Under the pieces are notes generated by a model that was not told the DNA's origin, ran no database searches, and saw only the letters and a list, made by a program, of their open reading frames with translations. Shown here one piece after another: positions 42,620-43,104 of a DNA stretch of 43,104 bases. Source of the stretch: an uncultured Eubacteriales bacterium. Its GTDB lineage: Bacteria; Bacillota; Clostridia; RGIG6154. The DNA is taken from NCBI GenBank assembly GCA_964492155.1, contig CAZBJD010000003.1:1-43104 (forward strand). Direction: 5' to 3'. Every line of letters starts with the position of its first letter. Position 1 is the first letter of the stretch. The translations under genes were made by a program, and so were the position numbers.

Positions 42620-43104
42620 ATGGAATTAAAAGGCTCAAGAACAGAGGCAAACTTAATGTCTGCCTTTTCGGGAGAATCACAGGCAAGAACAAAATATCAT
42701 TATTATGCCGAAAAAGCAAGAGAAGATGGTTATGAGCATATTGCTGAAATTTTTGAAGAAACCGCAAAAAATGAAAAAGCCCATGCGAAAATGTGGTTTA
42801 AGCTTTTAAAAGGCGGAATGCCGGGGACTCTTGACAATTTGAAAGATGCGGCATCGGGCGAGGATTTTGAATGGTCTGAAATGTATAAAGAATTTGAAGA
42901 TGTGGCAAAGCAGGAGGGCTTTGACAACATCGCAAGACTTTTTAAAGAGGTGGGCGAAATTGAAAAAACTCATCTTGACCGCTACAACCGGCTTATAAAG
43001 GATGTGGAAAACAACGAGGTTTTCCAAAAACAAAACGAAACTGAGTGGAAGTGCTTAAACTGCGGTCATATTCACACAGGCGACAAAGCCCCCGAGGTGT
43101 GCCC
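42620..43104 (+). CDS. rbr: Rubrerythrin (3' end cut by window edge)
   Basis: My own translation gives MELKGSRTEANLMSAFSGESQARTKYHYYAEKAREDGYEHIAEIFEETAKNEKAHAKMW... (di-iron four-helix bundle) and a C-terminal rubredoxin knuckle WKCLNCGHIH...VCP. There is no stop before the window end. Confidence 0.88.
   Translation, partial: MELKGSRTEANLMSAFSGESQARTKYHYYAEKAREDGYEHIAEIFEETAKNEKAHAKMWFKLLKGGMPGTLDNLKDAASGEDFEWSEMYKEFEDVAKQEGFDNIARLFKEVGEIEKTHLDRYNRLIKDVENNEVFQKQNETEWKCLNCGHIHTGDKAPEVC

Noticed and set aside
1-43104. Evidence that the GRM block is a mobile island (integrase, transposase, tRNA target, long direct repeats) or that CRISPR/defence systems are present
   Set aside because: No recombinase- or transposase-like ORFs, tRNA genes or CRISPR-like spaced repeats were seen. 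Only the two related terminator hairpins (reported separately) bracket the region.

Overview
43.1-kb window from an AT-rich, Clostridia-like (Firmicutes) chromosome. No rRNA, tRNA, CRISPR, transposase or integrase genes were recognised. Left to right: (1) a carbohydrate cluster flanked by two AraC regulators (RpiB/LacAB-like isomerase, SGNH esterase, 840-aa glycoside hydrolase). (2) A small ORF and a DUF421 membrane protein. (3) A minus-strand nadA-nadB-nadC-niaR NAD biosynthesis operon with a palindrome over its -35 box. (4) An HD hydrolase, then a HisZ/HisRS-like paralog followed by an ECF sigma and a zf-HC2 anti-sigma. (5) A CapA-like metallophosphatase. (6) A 753-aa cytoplasmic Fe-S protein built from three tandem QueG/RdhA-like modules, with a divergent AraC regulator. 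(7) The main feature, about 18.4-33.9 kb: a glycyl-radical-enzyme bacterial microcompartment (GRM) locus. It encodes a HAD phosphatase, a B12-independent diol-dehydratase-like GRE with its activase, six shell genes (PduU-, PduA x2-, PduN-, PduT-like and a second BMC-T), PduV/EutP, class II aldolase, GlcG/DUF336, Zn-ADH, PduS, PduP-like aldehyde dehydrogenase, PduL, a DeoR regulator and a convergent Fe-ADH. The core matches the known fucose/rhamnose GRM5 type. Several accessories look non-canonical: a CxxCxxCxxxC linker before the aldolase encapsulation peptide, an unassigned 110-aa domain fused in front of the ADH encapsulation peptide, EP-like repeats inside the GRE, a short PflA-like activase, and an intra-operon GC-rich hairpin after the major shell genes. 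(8) Housekeeping genes: cupin, pyruvate kinase, a SEDS protein, a gltX-glnS-metG aminoacyl-tRNA synthetase operon, and a 3'-truncated rubrerythrin. All product calls come from motif recognition by eye; no database search was run.
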